A stretch of 64,000 nt of DNA from contig OX597830.1 in the NCBI GenBank assembly GCA_951406725.2, positions 20,088,001 to 20,152,000 on the forward strand, in the 5' to 3' direction. The notes under the pieces were generated by a model that saw nothing but the letters and a program-made list of their open reading frames with translations, had not been told where the DNA came from and made no database searches. Source of the DNA: Octopus vulgaris. Taxonomy: Eukaryota. Shown in pieces: positions 1-14,923 of this stretch. Numbering within the stretch: the first letter of the stretch is position 1; each line of letters begins with the position of its first letter. The position numbers and the translations under genes were made by a program.

Positions 1-332
1 GACTAATACAGACTACCTCTTTCCGGGAGAAAATAGGTTTGCATAAGGGACACTGATACCCTTAGTGTCTCAAATGCATGAATTCCCAACCAGCGACGCG
101 TTAAGTATGGTAACAAAAGTGAAAGTAGCGATGGTATGCTAGCGGGGATGATGCTAGTGGTTGCGGTGGGCGGCGGCGGCAGCGGTGGTGGTGGTAGTGG
201 TGGTGGTGGTGGTGGTGGTGGTGGTGGTGGTGGTATTGGTGGTTGTGGTATTGGTGGTGGTGGTGGTGGTGGTGGTAACGATAATGTTAGTAATTGTGCA
301 AGCATAATGGTAGAAGTGTTAGTGAGATGCTA

Positions 333-814
333 CGAAGGTGAGCTGAAAAGTTCATAGGCTGACTATGAAGGAGTGATGCTAGAGGTGTGAAATCTTGCAA
401 GCATTAATTTTAACCGACGAATGGGAGTCTTGTTTCATCAGGACAATGCTCCAGCACACAAGTCCTTAGTTTCAATGGCTGCTCTGCTTAGCTGTAGCCT
501 TAAACGTGTTGATCAGCCTCTCTGTTCTCCTGATTTGGTCCCATCTCACTATCATTTGTTTCCTAACATGAAAAAAAAAAGAAAAACCACTCGACTGGGA
601 ACCAGTATTGTAGTGATGATGACGTCATATCTGCTGTTGATGACTTTTTTGACCAACAAGATGAAAGCTTCATCACCAATTGAATTCAAGGCACTGCAAT
701 ACCAATGGAAGAAATAAGTGGACTGCACGAACTATGTTGAAAAATGAAGCTGATTTGATCACATTCCATGAAAGAGTATCTTGATCAGCCGATGAACTTC
801 TCAGCTGATTCTCG
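333..814 (+). mobile_element. Internally deleted mariner transposon (TIRs plus C-terminal transposase remnant)
   Basis: TA at 331-332 and 815-816. Left end cgaaggtgagctgaaaagttcataggctga matches the reverse complement of the right end (cgagaatcagctgagaagttcatcggctga). ORF 421-717 has VLFHQDNAPAH and SPDLVPSHYHLFPNMK, matching mariner HDNARPH and YSPDLAPSDYHLF motifs. Confidence 0.9.
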
Positions 815-1084
815 TAGTTCCGGTGCTAATGATAGTGAAGAGTTATGATAATGGTAGTTGTGGCGAGTGTAATGGTCTTAATCCAGTTTGTGATTTGGAC
901 AGAAGGATAAGTGAAATAGTGATTTAACGATTAACATTTTTGGAATCTTTGAAGACGGAAGTAGAAAGGGTAAGGAGTCTATGAAGTTACTTGACTCGTA
1001 CTTTTGCTGAGATTCATAATTGTTATACATAAGTTTGCCTAGCTTACAGATTTGGGGATTTTGACTGCCTTGGTGCGAATAGTT

Positions 1085-1250
1085 CCACTCGGTTTGGTGA
1101 CTTATGTGCCTCAATGACCCTGAGAGCAAATGCCAGCGGAGCGAAAGCTCCTGGTAGACTGACCAAAGTATAAAGGTCGGACTAATATGGGCCACCTCTT
1201 TCCAGAAGTAAAAACAGGGAGAGGTCAATGGCCTATGAACCACAGGGAGC
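1085..1250 (+). mobile_element. Fragment resembling an RTE-clade LINE 5' UTR
   Basis: gtgcctcaatgaccctgagagcaaatgccagcggagcgaaagctcctggtag resembles the structured RTE/Expander 5' UTR from recall; GGAGC-GAAA-GCTCC hairpin at 1138-1151. Confidence 0.5.
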
Positions 1251-1400
1251 AAAGAACTTCAGTAAGGAAGTAAAACGAAAGTGAAAGTAGATGTACATAT
1301 TAGAGTAGTAATACTACAATTGATATTACTTATGTTGGATTTAAAAGTTACTTTTCAGTTGTACTGCTGGATTAATTTTGAAAAATCTTGCCTCTCATAA

Positions 1401-1703
1401 TCCTTTCTACTATAGGCACAAAGCCTGAAATTTAAGGGAAAGGGATAGTCAACGACATCGACCCCAGTAACTCGTATTACTTATTTTATCGATCCCCGAA
1501 AATTAGAGGGGACAGGCATGGACAGACAAGCGAATTAAGTCGATTAGATCAACCCCAGTGCGTAACTGGTACTTATTTAACCGACCCCGAAAGGATGAAA
1601 GGCAAAGTCGACCTCGGCGGAATTTGAACTCAGAACGTAGCGGCAGACGAAATACCGCAAAGCATTTCGCCCGGCGTGCTAACGATTCTGCCAGCTCGCT
1701 GCC
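1401..1703 (-). mobile_element. tRNA-derived SINE, family M (Meta/MESC-like central domain)
   Basis: Reverse complement of head ggcggcgagctggcagaa.cgttagc...gagttcaaattcc plus core gaggtcgactttgcctttcatcctttcggggtcg; many copies in the window. Confidence 0.85.
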
Positions 1704-2170
1704 CTGTATGTTGCATCTCATAATACCGAAACATTTCTCATGGTTCCAGCAGACAAAATGGAAATGGCGTTGCCCTGGAGGATGGCAGGGAGATGTTAGA
1801 ATAGCAATTCCCTCAGATTCTTGGCGTTCTAGATTTATGCTTGTAATTTTGTAAGGTTCTGAGGCTGTTGTGACTTTATATTTTCGTTACAGCATTTTAG
1901 AAATATGTTTGAAACAAGGATCACATTTATGGCTTTCATCGATAGTCCGCATTTTTCGTTTTGTGTTCCCGTCTTCCTTCTGTTGTTTTTGGTGGCCGAC
2001 TTTTGAAAAATGTCTGATAAGGGATTTTGTTCGGTGTTGCTTCGTAGATATGTTGTTAGAGCAATACAGGATGCGATGTTATCGTCATTGTTTGGTTGGT
2101 GATGTTAATTAACCCATATAGCGGTTTACTGTTAGTTCTGTAGTTTATGTTAGATAATAATGATTGCTAC
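1704..2170 (-). pseudogene. Possible highly decayed Penelope-like ORF fragment
   Basis: The minus strand gives NAKNLRELL (about 1805-1826), similar to the PLE linker ahead of the GIY-YIG domain; otherwise interrupted by stops. Confidence 0.25.
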
Positions 2171-2180
2171 TTTTCTAATT

Positions 2181-2185
2181 TATTA

Positions 2186-2253
<68 letters not shown>

Positions 2254-2352
2254 GAGAGGGCAGTGCATGCCATCATAATCATCACCATCATCATTATCAT
2301 TATTATTATCATTATTACTATTATTATTATTATTTTTTTTTTTTAATCATTA

Positions 2353-2398
<46 letters not shown>

Positions 2399-2526
2399 TG
2401 TTATTATTATTATTATCATTATTATTATTATTATTATTATTGTTATTATCATTATTATTATTATTATTATTATTGTTATTATTACTGTTTTTATTATTAT
2501 CATTATTGTTATTATTATTATTGTTG

Positions 2527-2563
<37 letters not shown>

Positions 2564-2570
2564 TACTATT

Positions 2571-2601
<31 letters not shown>

Positions 2602-2610
2602 TCATTATTA

Positions 2611-2644
<34 letters not shown>

Positions 2645-2715
2645 CATTATTATTGTTATTATTATCATTATTGTTATTATTATTAGTGTTATTATTATTA
2701 TCATTATCATTATTA

Positions 2716-2788
<73 letters not shown>

Positions 2789-2802
2789 TATCATCACCAT
2801 CA

Positions 2803-2854
<52 letters not shown>

Positions 2855-2903
2855 CATTATTGTTGTTGTTGTTATTATTATTATCATTATTGTAATTATT
2901 ATT

Positions 2904-2981
<78 letters not shown>
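2181..2981. repeat. About 800 bp (ATT)n/(ATC)n microsatellite
   Basis: Visible directly; explains the poly-Ile and poly-Leu ORFs. Confidence 0.98.
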
Positions 2982-3233
2982 GCTAGTGTTGTTGTTTCCT
3001 TATTTAGTTGTTTGATGCTGAATTTATTTCAGTTTTGTTTGATGTTTGTGTATTGTGTTGTGTTTGAGATTTCCAGTTTTTATTGGGTTAGCTATTTCTG
3101 GTGTTTTAATTGGGGTTGTATGTGCTTGTGATGTCTTGCGGGATACGGTTTTTTGGGTGCATCTACGATTATTTTGTTGAATGTGGGTGTTGCATTGTTT
3201 AAGGTGGTGATTGTTGGGTTGAACTCAAAATAA

Positions 3234-3265
<32 letters not shown>

Positions 3266-3703
3266 ATATAAAAATATTGAAAGAAATACAATATTTGTTT
3301 CTAAGCAGAACTCGCTTCATTGTGCTTTTTTTGAAGAGTTTTAAGTTTATGAAATTAGTTTCGCTTTCTTTTTTGATATTTGATTGAACTGAGATGATAC
3401 TTTATAGGTGATTCTGAGGACAGTAAGAGATTTTCATCAAGCGGTCGAGGGAATTATATGTCTGAGCGGAAGATCATGTCTAAGGAACAACTGCTGTAGT
3501 TTTGTCTGGTGAAATGTGTTTATGTGCTCATATGGGTTATTTAGGGAGTAACAGGCGTACAACTGTCGTGTTATTATGTAGGTCCCTTGATATATGATAT
3601 ATGTATTGTTTGACAACCAGGAGGTGTTAAGCATATTGAAATCATTCCAGTTATGGTGCTTGATAGCGTGTTGTAGTTTGGGCGTGTAACTTGGGACTGT
3701 TAG

Positions 3704-3760
<57 letters not shown>

Positions 3761-3929
3761 ACATACTACTATCATGGCACTCCCGCATTCTTCTTCTTCT
3801 TCTCCTCCTCCTCCTCCTTCTTCTTCTTCCCTACCAAGAATTCACAACGACCTCGAACCCACAAGAATAAACAAGAGAGACAGAGACAGGCAAAAAGAAA
3901 AAGGGAAATGCCCCTTCTATTTGAATACT

Positions 3930-4655
3930 ATACAAATATTCTTTTTAAAACAACTTTTCTTTTAATTCTTCCAAAATTTAATTGTGTTCCATACTTACAG
4001 TTGAAAAAGTCTCAATGACTGAAACCGGTACTGAGGAAGGATCAGGGCCCTTGTGTCTGTCCTACGTGTGCTTTTTGTAGTATTTAAAGCATTTTTCATT
4101 TATAGAATAACTGCATCCCTACCTCCTCTCTAGCTCTTTCGTCTTCTCACACTTAATTGTAGACTTTCTCTCTTCCTTTCCCTATTTTTTCTCTCTCCCT
4201 CTCCCTCTCTTTCATCCTCCTTCACTTCTATCCGCTGCCCACACGTGACCCTTCGCTGATTTTCTATCCCCTGCCTTTTCCCCACCGGACAACCCGGCGT
4301 ACTAGTCAACTTTTTCTTCTCGCTTACAAATTCTTTCTTTATACGCATTTGCGGATTTCTCCCAAGCGTTAACCACAATTCTCGTGTTTTTGCCGAAAAG
4401 CTTTATTTACTGTCTTCGTCAATCGTTTCGAATTACATTTGTTTACTTTCGTACGTCCTCACTGTATTGTCTTGTTTGTTTCAGCCCTAATTCTACGTAA
4501 ATCGTGCAGGTGCCGCTGATATACGAAGTTCCCAGTCTTATCGTTAAAAGCACTAAACTAGATATTAGTATTTTTGGTCGATAACTGAGGAAGGATTAGG
4601 ATTCTTGTGTCTGTCCTACGTGTACGTTTTGTAGTATTTAATGCATTTTTCATCC
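3930..4655 (+). mobile_element. Non-coding element with ~70 bp direct repeats and a degenerate hammerhead-like motif
   Basis: ctgaggaaggat...ttgtgtctgtcctacgtgt...gcatttttcat at 4031-4099 and 4585-4653; HHR-like motif at 3998-4033. Confidence 0.55.
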
Positions 4656-4903
4656 ATTATACCACCACCACCACCACCACCACCATCACCCACCACCACC
4701 ACCACCACCACCACCACCATCCATCACCACCACCACGACCACAACCGCAACTACTACCGCCACCACCGCCACCATCCACCACCTTCCACCACCACCACCA
4801 CCACCACCACCACCACCACTGCAACCACTACCGCCACCGCTGCCGTCCCCATCCTCACCGCGATCTTAGCCTCAGCCTCCACCGCCGCCGCTGCCACCAT
4901 CAC

Positions 4904-5138
4904 TACCTATTTCTTTACTACCCACAAGGGGCTAAACACAGAGAGGACAAACAAGGACAGACACACGGATTAAGTCGATTATATCGACCCCAGTGTGTAA
5001 CTGGTACTTATTTAATTGACCCCGAAAGGATGAAAAGCAAAGCCAACCTCGGCGGAGTTTTAACTCAGAACGTAACGGCAGACGAAATACGGCTACGCAT
5101 TTCGCCCGGCGTGCTAACGTTTCTGCCAGCTCGCCACC
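4904..5138 (-). mobile_element. SINE family M
   Basis: Near-full head, core and tail (agccccttgtgggtagtaaagaaatag) on the minus strand. Confidence 0.9.
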
Positions 5139-5671
5139 ATCACTACCACCACCACCACCACCACCACCAACTGCCACTGCCTCCATCGCCGCCATCCTAG
5201 CCACAGCCTCCACCGCCACTGCCGCCACAGCCACTGCCGCCACCGCCGCCGCCACCACCACCACCGCTCCCATTACCTCTCACGATCGCCAAAGGAATCC
5301 GTGTCTGATAACCTTGCCATAGAACCATTGATGAGGTCTAACAGCAACGTTACCGTTGCATTCACCAGACAAGAATATGGCGGACAGTGGAGAAAGAACA
5401 CTTGGTCAGGGCTGTCGCTCTGTACCGTATATGATCCTTTGCTGCATGTCTGAGTTTGTAAGGGTGGACTTTACCAAGGTGAGGACAGGGCAAAACAGGA
5501 AAGGATGATCTGTGAGCCTGTGAATCGTTGTTTGGTTGGCTACCTTCTGGATCATGGCTTACCTAGGGCTACAAGATCTGCATGGTGTAGGAGCCATTCT
5601 GGATCAGAAGGGATTTAAGGCGACAGAACAAATGCATGCATGCTGTAGGAGTACTGGTTGAGCACTGATTC

Positions 5672-5819
5672 GGGACTCCATCGGTTACGACGACAAGGGT
5701 TCCAGTTGATTTAATCAACCGAACAGCCTGCTTGTTAAATTAGCATACAAGTGGCTGAGTATTCACACACCAGCATCGGCTGTCAAGTGATGTTGGGTGT
5801 ACAAACACAGACACACACA

Positions 5820-5861
<42 letters not shown>

Positions 5862-6155
5862 CACACACATATATATACATATATACGACGGGCTTCTTTC
5901 AGTTTCCGCCTACCAAATCCACTCACAAGGCTTTGGTCGGCCCGAGGCTATAGTAGAAGACATTTGCCCAAGGTGCCACGCAGTGAGACTGAACCCGGAA
6001 CCATGTTGTTGGTAAGCAAGCTACTTACCACACAGCCACTCCTCCTACAGCTAAGTAGACTGGAGCAACGTGAAATAAAGTGTCACTACACACCACTGGG
6101 AATCGAACTCACGGCATTACGGTCGGGAACCGAATACCTAAAACACTAAGCCACT
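5672..6155 (-). mobile_element. SINE family C (CORE-like, similar to octopus OR2) interrupted by a nested family K SINE
   Basis: 5672-5764 matches the 3' part and 6047-6155 the tRNA head of the copies at 38100-38367 and 55305-55617; 5765-6044 is family K. Confidence 0.75.
5765..6044 (-). mobile_element. SINE family K (abundant octopus OK-like SINE)
   Basis: Reverse complement of ggagtggctgtgtggtaag...ggttcagtc...ggcaccttgggcaa...gaaactgaaagaagcccgtcg. Confidence 0.88.
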
Positions 6156-6351
6156 TGTTGGACGAAGCCAACGATTTTGACTGACCGCTGGATCAGAACT
6201 GACCTGGGATTGTATAACAGCAACCGCTTGTGCGGTGTAGGATTTCTAAATAGGAAGTAAGCAAGGTTGGTGGAAACATACAATAACTGCCTGCGTGCTA
6301 TAGGACAAATGGACGAGGGACTGATCTGGGTTGCACAACAACTACCGGGGT

Positions 6352-6747
6352 GGATGCGCAAAGGCTCAGTGGTTAGGGCAGCGGACTCGCGGTCGTAAGA
6401 ATGCGGTTTCGATTCACATACCGAGCATTGTGAGTGTTTATTGAGCAAAAACAGCTAAGCTCCACGAGGCTCCGGCGGGGGTGGTGGTAAACTCCGCTGT
6501 ACTCTTTCATCACAACTTTCTCTCACTCTTTCTTCCTACTTCTGCCACAAAGCAGAGGAACCACGGGGTAACCCACTATGGTGTGGTGAAACTTTCAGAC
6601 CCTAGTCTAGATTGCGAATCCTCTGTTCCCCAGGATGGTTGAGCTCTCCACTCGCGAAAATCCACCATTTACGGAATGAGGATAACAACGTAGCTTTCGC
6701 GCCCGTGCAACCGCCAGTCTATCGCGCGTGGTGGGTGGATCTTCAAG
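6352..6747 (+). mobile_element. SINE family R (tRNA-Arg-like head), tail type 1
   Basis: A box ggctcagtggttag and B box ggtttcgattc; body shared with the copies at 28352, 30021 and 35154. Confidence 0.8.
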
Positions 6748-6957
6748 TTGCCACACGCATTCTTGGGAAGCAAGCTTCTTACTACACAGCCTTGCCTGCG
6801 GCTAGAGCAAAAAGTACCCAAAGATTGAAATAAACAGGATGGTCACAGCCAGAATATCTTTTAATCGTAAGTCAGCGCAAACGGGACTGACCTGTGGTTG
6901 AACACTTCCACCACCACCACCGGCACCACCAGCACCAGCACCAGCACCAGCACCAGC

Positions 6958-6988
<31 letters not shown>

Positions 6989-7618
6989 CCACAACCAACA
7001 ACAACAACAACAACAAAAACGACAACAACAACAACAACAGCAACCACAGTTGAATAACAATTCAACCATTCAACCATTCAACCGTTAAACCATTCAGATA
7101 TCAACTCTTCTATCAATCTGGTGCATTCAGTTAACAACAGAGTCGAACGTTTCGTTAGGCTCCTCTCTATCTTCCTTCACGCTTTCAGCAAACCACCCTC
7201 AACAAATACCACCACCCAAAACTAGCCGACCAAGCAGCCAGACAGCCGGACGGCCAGCCAATACATCCATCACATCTCCACCACCACAAACACCACTAAC
7301 ACCACCATATCAACAACAACAACAACAAGGAAAAATGAAGCAGTAATAATATGATAGCAACAAAAACCAAAAAATAATAATGATATAATCAATCAGTGCA
7401 TTTATATTATTATTATAAACACAGAGAAAAACACCTGAGCAGCTGTTTAGAAATGAATCTTGCCAGGGAAACAGAAACTAATTGTCAGAAATTAATACAG
7501 ACACCTCTTCCCGACACCCTCTCCTACTCCTACTCCTCATACTACAACTACTACTACTACCACCACCACGACTACCATTACTACTACTACTACTACGACC
7601 ACCACCACCTCCACCACA

Positions 7619-7662
<44 letters not shown>

Positions 7663-7990
7663 CACTCCTAATACTACTACACTTAAATACGCCCGTCTTT
7701 TACACGTCATCTTTTATCTTTTGAATGTTTTTTCCTTTATTACCGGCGGTTTGTGGTTTATGTCGGTAATGGTGGTGGTGATGGTAGTGATACTGGTGGT
7801 GGCGGTGATGGTGGACTAGAATGCGGTTTGGTGCGGTAGGTGTTGAAGCTGAATGTGGTTTGGTGGTGGTTGTGGTGGTAGTTGTGGTAGTTGTGGTTGT
7901 GGTGGTGGTGGAAACGGTGGTGTTGTGGTAGTGGTATTTGGTGGTGGTTTTGTGGTAGTTGTCGCTATCGGTGAAAGTTGTGGTTGTTTG

Positions 7991-8042
<52 letters not shown>

Positions 8043-8466
8043 CAGCAGCAGTAGCAGCAGCAGTGGTGGTAGTCTTCGTCGTTTGTGACAATGATAGATG
8101 CAGGTAGAAGTAATGTGGTGAAGATGATAGCCCCGGTGGTGTTGTGGCTGCGGCGATAGTAGTAATGGTGTTGGTGGTATTGATGGTGGTATTGATTGGC
8201 GGTAGTGTTTTGGTAGAGACGATCATGGCGGTGAGTGTAGATTAGATATGCTCGTCGGACAGAGAGAAATGGTGGCGGAGTTGGAGCTAATGGTGGCAAA
8301 TGGTAACTGGTAACTGGTGACTGATTGACTGCTGGAAACTGAATGATGACTGGTAGTAGTAGGAAGGCGCTGATGGCGACGAGGACGGCAGTGTTTGGAC
8401 GGTCTTCTTTTGTCTTTAGTTTGATTGCAACCACAGCCTGATATTCTGCTTAATTATTGTTTTTAT

Positions 8467-8557
8467 CTATTATTATCATTATCATTATTATTATTATCAT
8501 CATCATTATTATTATTATTATCATTATTATTATTATTATCATTATCATTATTATTAC

Positions 8558-8617
<60 letters not shown>

Positions 8618-8661
8618 CATTCTTATCATTATTATTATTATTATCGTTATTATTATTATTG

Positions 8662-8746
<85 letters not shown>

Positions 8747-8751
8747 CATCA

Positions 8752-8812
<61 letters not shown>
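8467..8812. repeat. (ATT)n microsatellite
   Basis: Visible directly. Confidence 0.97.
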
Positions 8813-8814
<2 letters not shown>

Positions 8815-9229
8815 TTTCCAACCCCACCGTGCTCTACTCCGCCATCCACCGCAATACTGTTGCACCTCAGCCATCGCAATACCATCACCGCACCACCAAA
8901 CCCCACAGTCACAATAACTGTTACGTATTCAATGTGTTTACTGTAAATTTGCTTTTGTTGTCTTCTGTGCAATGTTATGTATTACCTTTGTGTGCATATG
9001 TGTAGGTGTTTGTGCGGACTTCCTATATATATATACATGTATGTGTGGGTATTCGCATGAGTAAGTGTTTGCGTCTGTGTATGTATGTGTGCGTATGTGT
9101 GTTACTCTTTCTTTACCTTTTGTTATCTTTCGCCTCCTACCATCCACCCCACCGGGGCTCAAACTCTTATTGCCATACAAATGCCGCTGTGTATGTTCAT
9201 TGTTTTAGTGAGCTTTTATTTAACGCCCT

Positions 9230-11510
<2,281 letters not shown>

Positions 11511-11749
11511 ATATGGAGAGGGTGGTTATGGTGGTGGTGGTGGTGGTGAAGACAATAGTGGTGTTGACGATGATGACGACGACAGCAAAAACGATGAGAT
11601 GAATATGGTGAATATAAAAGATGGTAAAAAAAAACAGTTGATGACGAGAGTGGTGACGGCAATGATAGTGGCAGAGGTGGTGGTGGTTGTGGTGGTTGTG
11701 GTGGTGGTGGTGGTAATGGTGATGGTGGTGGTGGTGAGTATTGTGGTGA

Positions 11750-11940
11750 CGAAGAAGAAGAAGAAGAAGAAGAAGAAGAAGAGGGATTGGAGGAAGAAGA
11801 AGAAGAAGAAGAAAATGAAGTAAAAGATGAAGAAGAAGAAGAAGAAGAAGAAGAAGAAGAAGAGAAGTAAGCGGAAGAAGAAAAAAAAGAAGTAAAACAC
11901 GAAGAAGAAGAAGAAGAAGAAGAAGAAGAAGAAGAAGAAG

Positions 11941-11972
<32 letters not shown>

Positions 11973-12000
11973 GAAGAAGAAGAAGAAGAAGAGGAGGAGG
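11750..12000. repeat. (GAA)n tract; a (TTC)n tract lies at 12647-12785
   Basis: Visible directly. Confidence 0.97.
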
Positions 12001-12814
12001 AAGCAGGACAGTAACGGTAAATGCAATGAGATGAATGCAATAAATATTATGACTATGATGATGATGATGATGATGGTGATGATGATGGTGATGGTGATGA
12101 TGATGACGCTGACAAATACGAGCTGAATATGGTGTTGGCTTTGATGATGCAGATTGTTGTTGCTGTTATTATGGAGGAGGAAGAGGGGAAGAAGAGGAGG
12201 CGGAGGAGCAGGAAAAAGGGAAGATGTAGAGGAGGTGGCGGCGATGAAGGTGGACTTAGCAGGTGTGGAAAGATGGCAAAATTCGTATCTAGGTCGGTAG
12301 ATTGGCGGAGTCGATAAATCACCGCAGAAATTATCTTGTATCATTTAGTTGCGTCTCTTTGTGTTCTGAGTTCAAATCCCGCAACTGTCAATACAGCATT
12401 TGGGCCTTCCAGAGGTTGATCAAAAATGAAGTACCTGTCATAAGCTAGGGTACATTCTCTTCCGGCAAAATCGATAGATCCTCGTGACAAATATCTTGTG
12501 GTATTCATTATGATTCTCTGCGTCACTGAGTTCAATTTGCGCCGAGTTCACCATCGTTTTTCATCCTATTCGTGTGTGATAAATGCATTAATAGTCTCTT
12601 CTCCTTCATTTTCTCCCCCTCCTCCTCCTCCCCTTCCTTCTTCCTTTTCTTCTTCTTCTTCTTCTTCTTCTTCTTCTTCTTCTTCTTCTTCTTCTTCTTC
12701 TTCTTCTTCTTCTTCTTCTTCTTCTTCTTCTTCTTCTTCTTCTTCTTCTTCTTCTTCTTCTTCTTCTTCTTCTTCTTCTTCTTCTTTGCGAGGTAGGTTC
12801 ATTAAAGAATATTA

Positions 12815-13010
12815 AAGGCGGTGAGCTGAGAGAAACGTTAGCACGCTTCGTCTGTCTTTATGTTCTGAGTTCAAATTCCGCCGAGGTCGACTTTGACTTT
12901 CATCCTTTCGGGGTCGATTAAGTAAGTACCAGTTGCGCACTTAATTCCTTTGTCTGTCCTTGTTTGTCCCCTCTATGTTTAGCCCCTTGTGGGCAATAAA
13001 GAAATAAGAA
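12815..13010 (+). mobile_element. SINE family M
   Basis: aaggcggtgagctg head, core, and agccccttgtgggcaataaagaaata tail. Confidence 0.88.
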
Positions 13011-13119
13011 ACGTTATTTACATTTCACGGATATTTGTCGTCATTTTGTTTGTTGTTGACACAACGTTTCGGCTGGAGAAGTTTCGAACCTGGGTTCTTA
13101 TTCCTAAGGTATTTTTCGA

Positions 13120-13185
<66 letters not shown>

Positions 13186-13302
13186 TGTTACTGCCTGGAA
13201 TCGAACTCAGAATATTGGGGTTACTAGCCTGCGCTCTTAACCACTACGCCATATGCCCGTGGACGTATGGCATAGTGGTTAATAATAATAATAATAATAA
13301 TG

Positions 13303-13386
<84 letters not shown>

Positions 13387-13490
13387 TCAAAAAGTACCTT
13401 CGGAATGAGAAACAAGGTTCGAGATTTCCCCAAGACACCTGATGAAGGCTGGAGGGTATATCAGCTGAAAATTGTAAATAATGTAAATAA
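13011..13490. mobile_element. Head-to-head inverted pair of a tRNA-headed element with a PLE-type hammerhead 3' region
   Basis: Minus copy 13258->13011 has A box TGGCGTAGTGG, B box GAGTTCGATTCC, (AAT)n and the HHR 3' half. Plus copy from 13261 has the A box, (AAT)n and the HHR 5' half (GACAC-CTGATGA at 13434-13445). Confidence 0.8.
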
Positions 13491-13859
13491 TAAATCTCTT
13501 AATTATAGAACAGAAACATATGTGACTGTTGGCAAATCAAAAACTGTGGAGTGCACAGGTAAGGTTTGTATTTCAAGAATGTGAGAAACTAATTCTAACT
13601 GCAAGGCTAATCGATGCAGTTACTAATAGAAACAAACTAGAAAGAGCATGAATCGAAGACGGATCCTCTAAGTGGTTTCTTAACCTGATAGAAATAACAG
13701 CAACATTTCCCCCTAATCAGAATTTATTTTTTAGCACACGAATCTTCTAAAAAAAAGGACGGTGGAGAAACTTTGGAATGTATCTGCAGAAACAATACCT
13801 CGGATTTTTAAGTGACGAGCGATGGGTTTTTGAAGGAAAAAAATTCTTTGAGATAACAT

Positions 13860-14292
13860 AGGCGCAGGTATGGCTGTGTAGTAAGAAGTTTGCTTCCCAA
13901 TCACATGGTTCCGGGTTCAGTCCCGCTTCGTGGTACCTTAGGCTAGAGACTTCTATTATAGTTTCGGGCCGATCAAAGCCTTGTGGGTAGATTTAGTAGA
14001 CGGAAACTGAAAGAAGCCCGTCGTAATCACATACACAAACACACACATATATATATGCATAAGTGTGTGTGTTTGTGTTTGTCCCACACGACCGCTTGGC
14101 AACCGGTGTTGGTGTGTTTACTTCCCTCCAACTTAGCGGTTCGACAAAAGTGACCGATAGAATAAGTACCAGATTTTACACACACACAATAAATAAATAA
14201 GTACTAGGGACCATTCATTCGACTTAAAACTCTTGAAGTGGGTGCCCTAGCATGGCGGCAGTCCAGTGACTGAAATAAGTAAAGGATAAAAG
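13860..14292 (+). mobile_element. SINE family K, full length
   Basis: ggcgcaggtatggctgtgtagtaag head through the gactgaaataagtaaaggataaaaga tail. Confidence 0.9.
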
Positions 14293-14434
14293 ATATCATG
14301 TTATAAAAAAAAAAAACAACCTATGTATAAGTATTTACCTAAGACTAATAATACATGTTGACGTATAAGTGATATTCGAGTAACTGGATTCAAACGGAAG
14401 GAATTAACAATGGCGACACGTCGAGGTTAGAATA

Positions 14435-14923
14435 AGACGGCGAGCTGGCAGAGTCGTTAGCACGCCGGGCGAAATGCTTAGCGGTATTTCGTCTGCGTTA
14501 CGTTGTGAGTTCAAATTCCGCCGCGGTCGACTTTGCCTTTCATCCTTTCGGGGTCGATAAATTAAGTACCAGTTACGCACTGGGGTCGCTGTAATCGACT
14601 TAATACCTATGTTTGTCTTTGTTTGTCCCCTCTGTGTGTAGCCCCTTGTGGGTAATAAAGAAATAGGTATTTAGTCTGCCGCTACGTTCTGAGTTCTTTA
14701 CTACCCACAAGGGGCTATACATAGAGGGGACAAACAAGTACAGACAAGCGGATTAAGTCGATTATATCGTCCTCAGTGCGTCACTGGTACTTAATTTCTC
14801 GACCCCGAAAGGATGAAAGGTAAAGTCGACCTCGGCGGAAATTTGAACTCAGAACGTGGCGGCGGACGAAATACCGCTAAGCATTTCGCCCGGCGTTCTA
14901 ACGATTCTGCCACCTCGCTGCCT
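14435..14923. mobile_element. Tail-to-tail inverted dimer of SINE family M flanked by a 42 bp direct repeat
   Basis: Plus copy 14435-14696 and minus copy 14694-14923; flanks 14395-14436 and 14924-14965 are 38/42 identical. Confidence 0.9.

Noticed and set aside
2330-2895. Long poly-Ile/poly-Leu ORFs, and similar YI-, MYVC-, His-, Val- and Thr-repeat ORFs throughout
   Set aside because: These are translations of microsatellites that lack stop codons; there is no domain content.
7700-8434. 244 aa minus-strand ORF with a hydrophobic N-terminal stretch
   Set aside because: Most of it is simple repeat; no recognisable domain or convincing splice structure.
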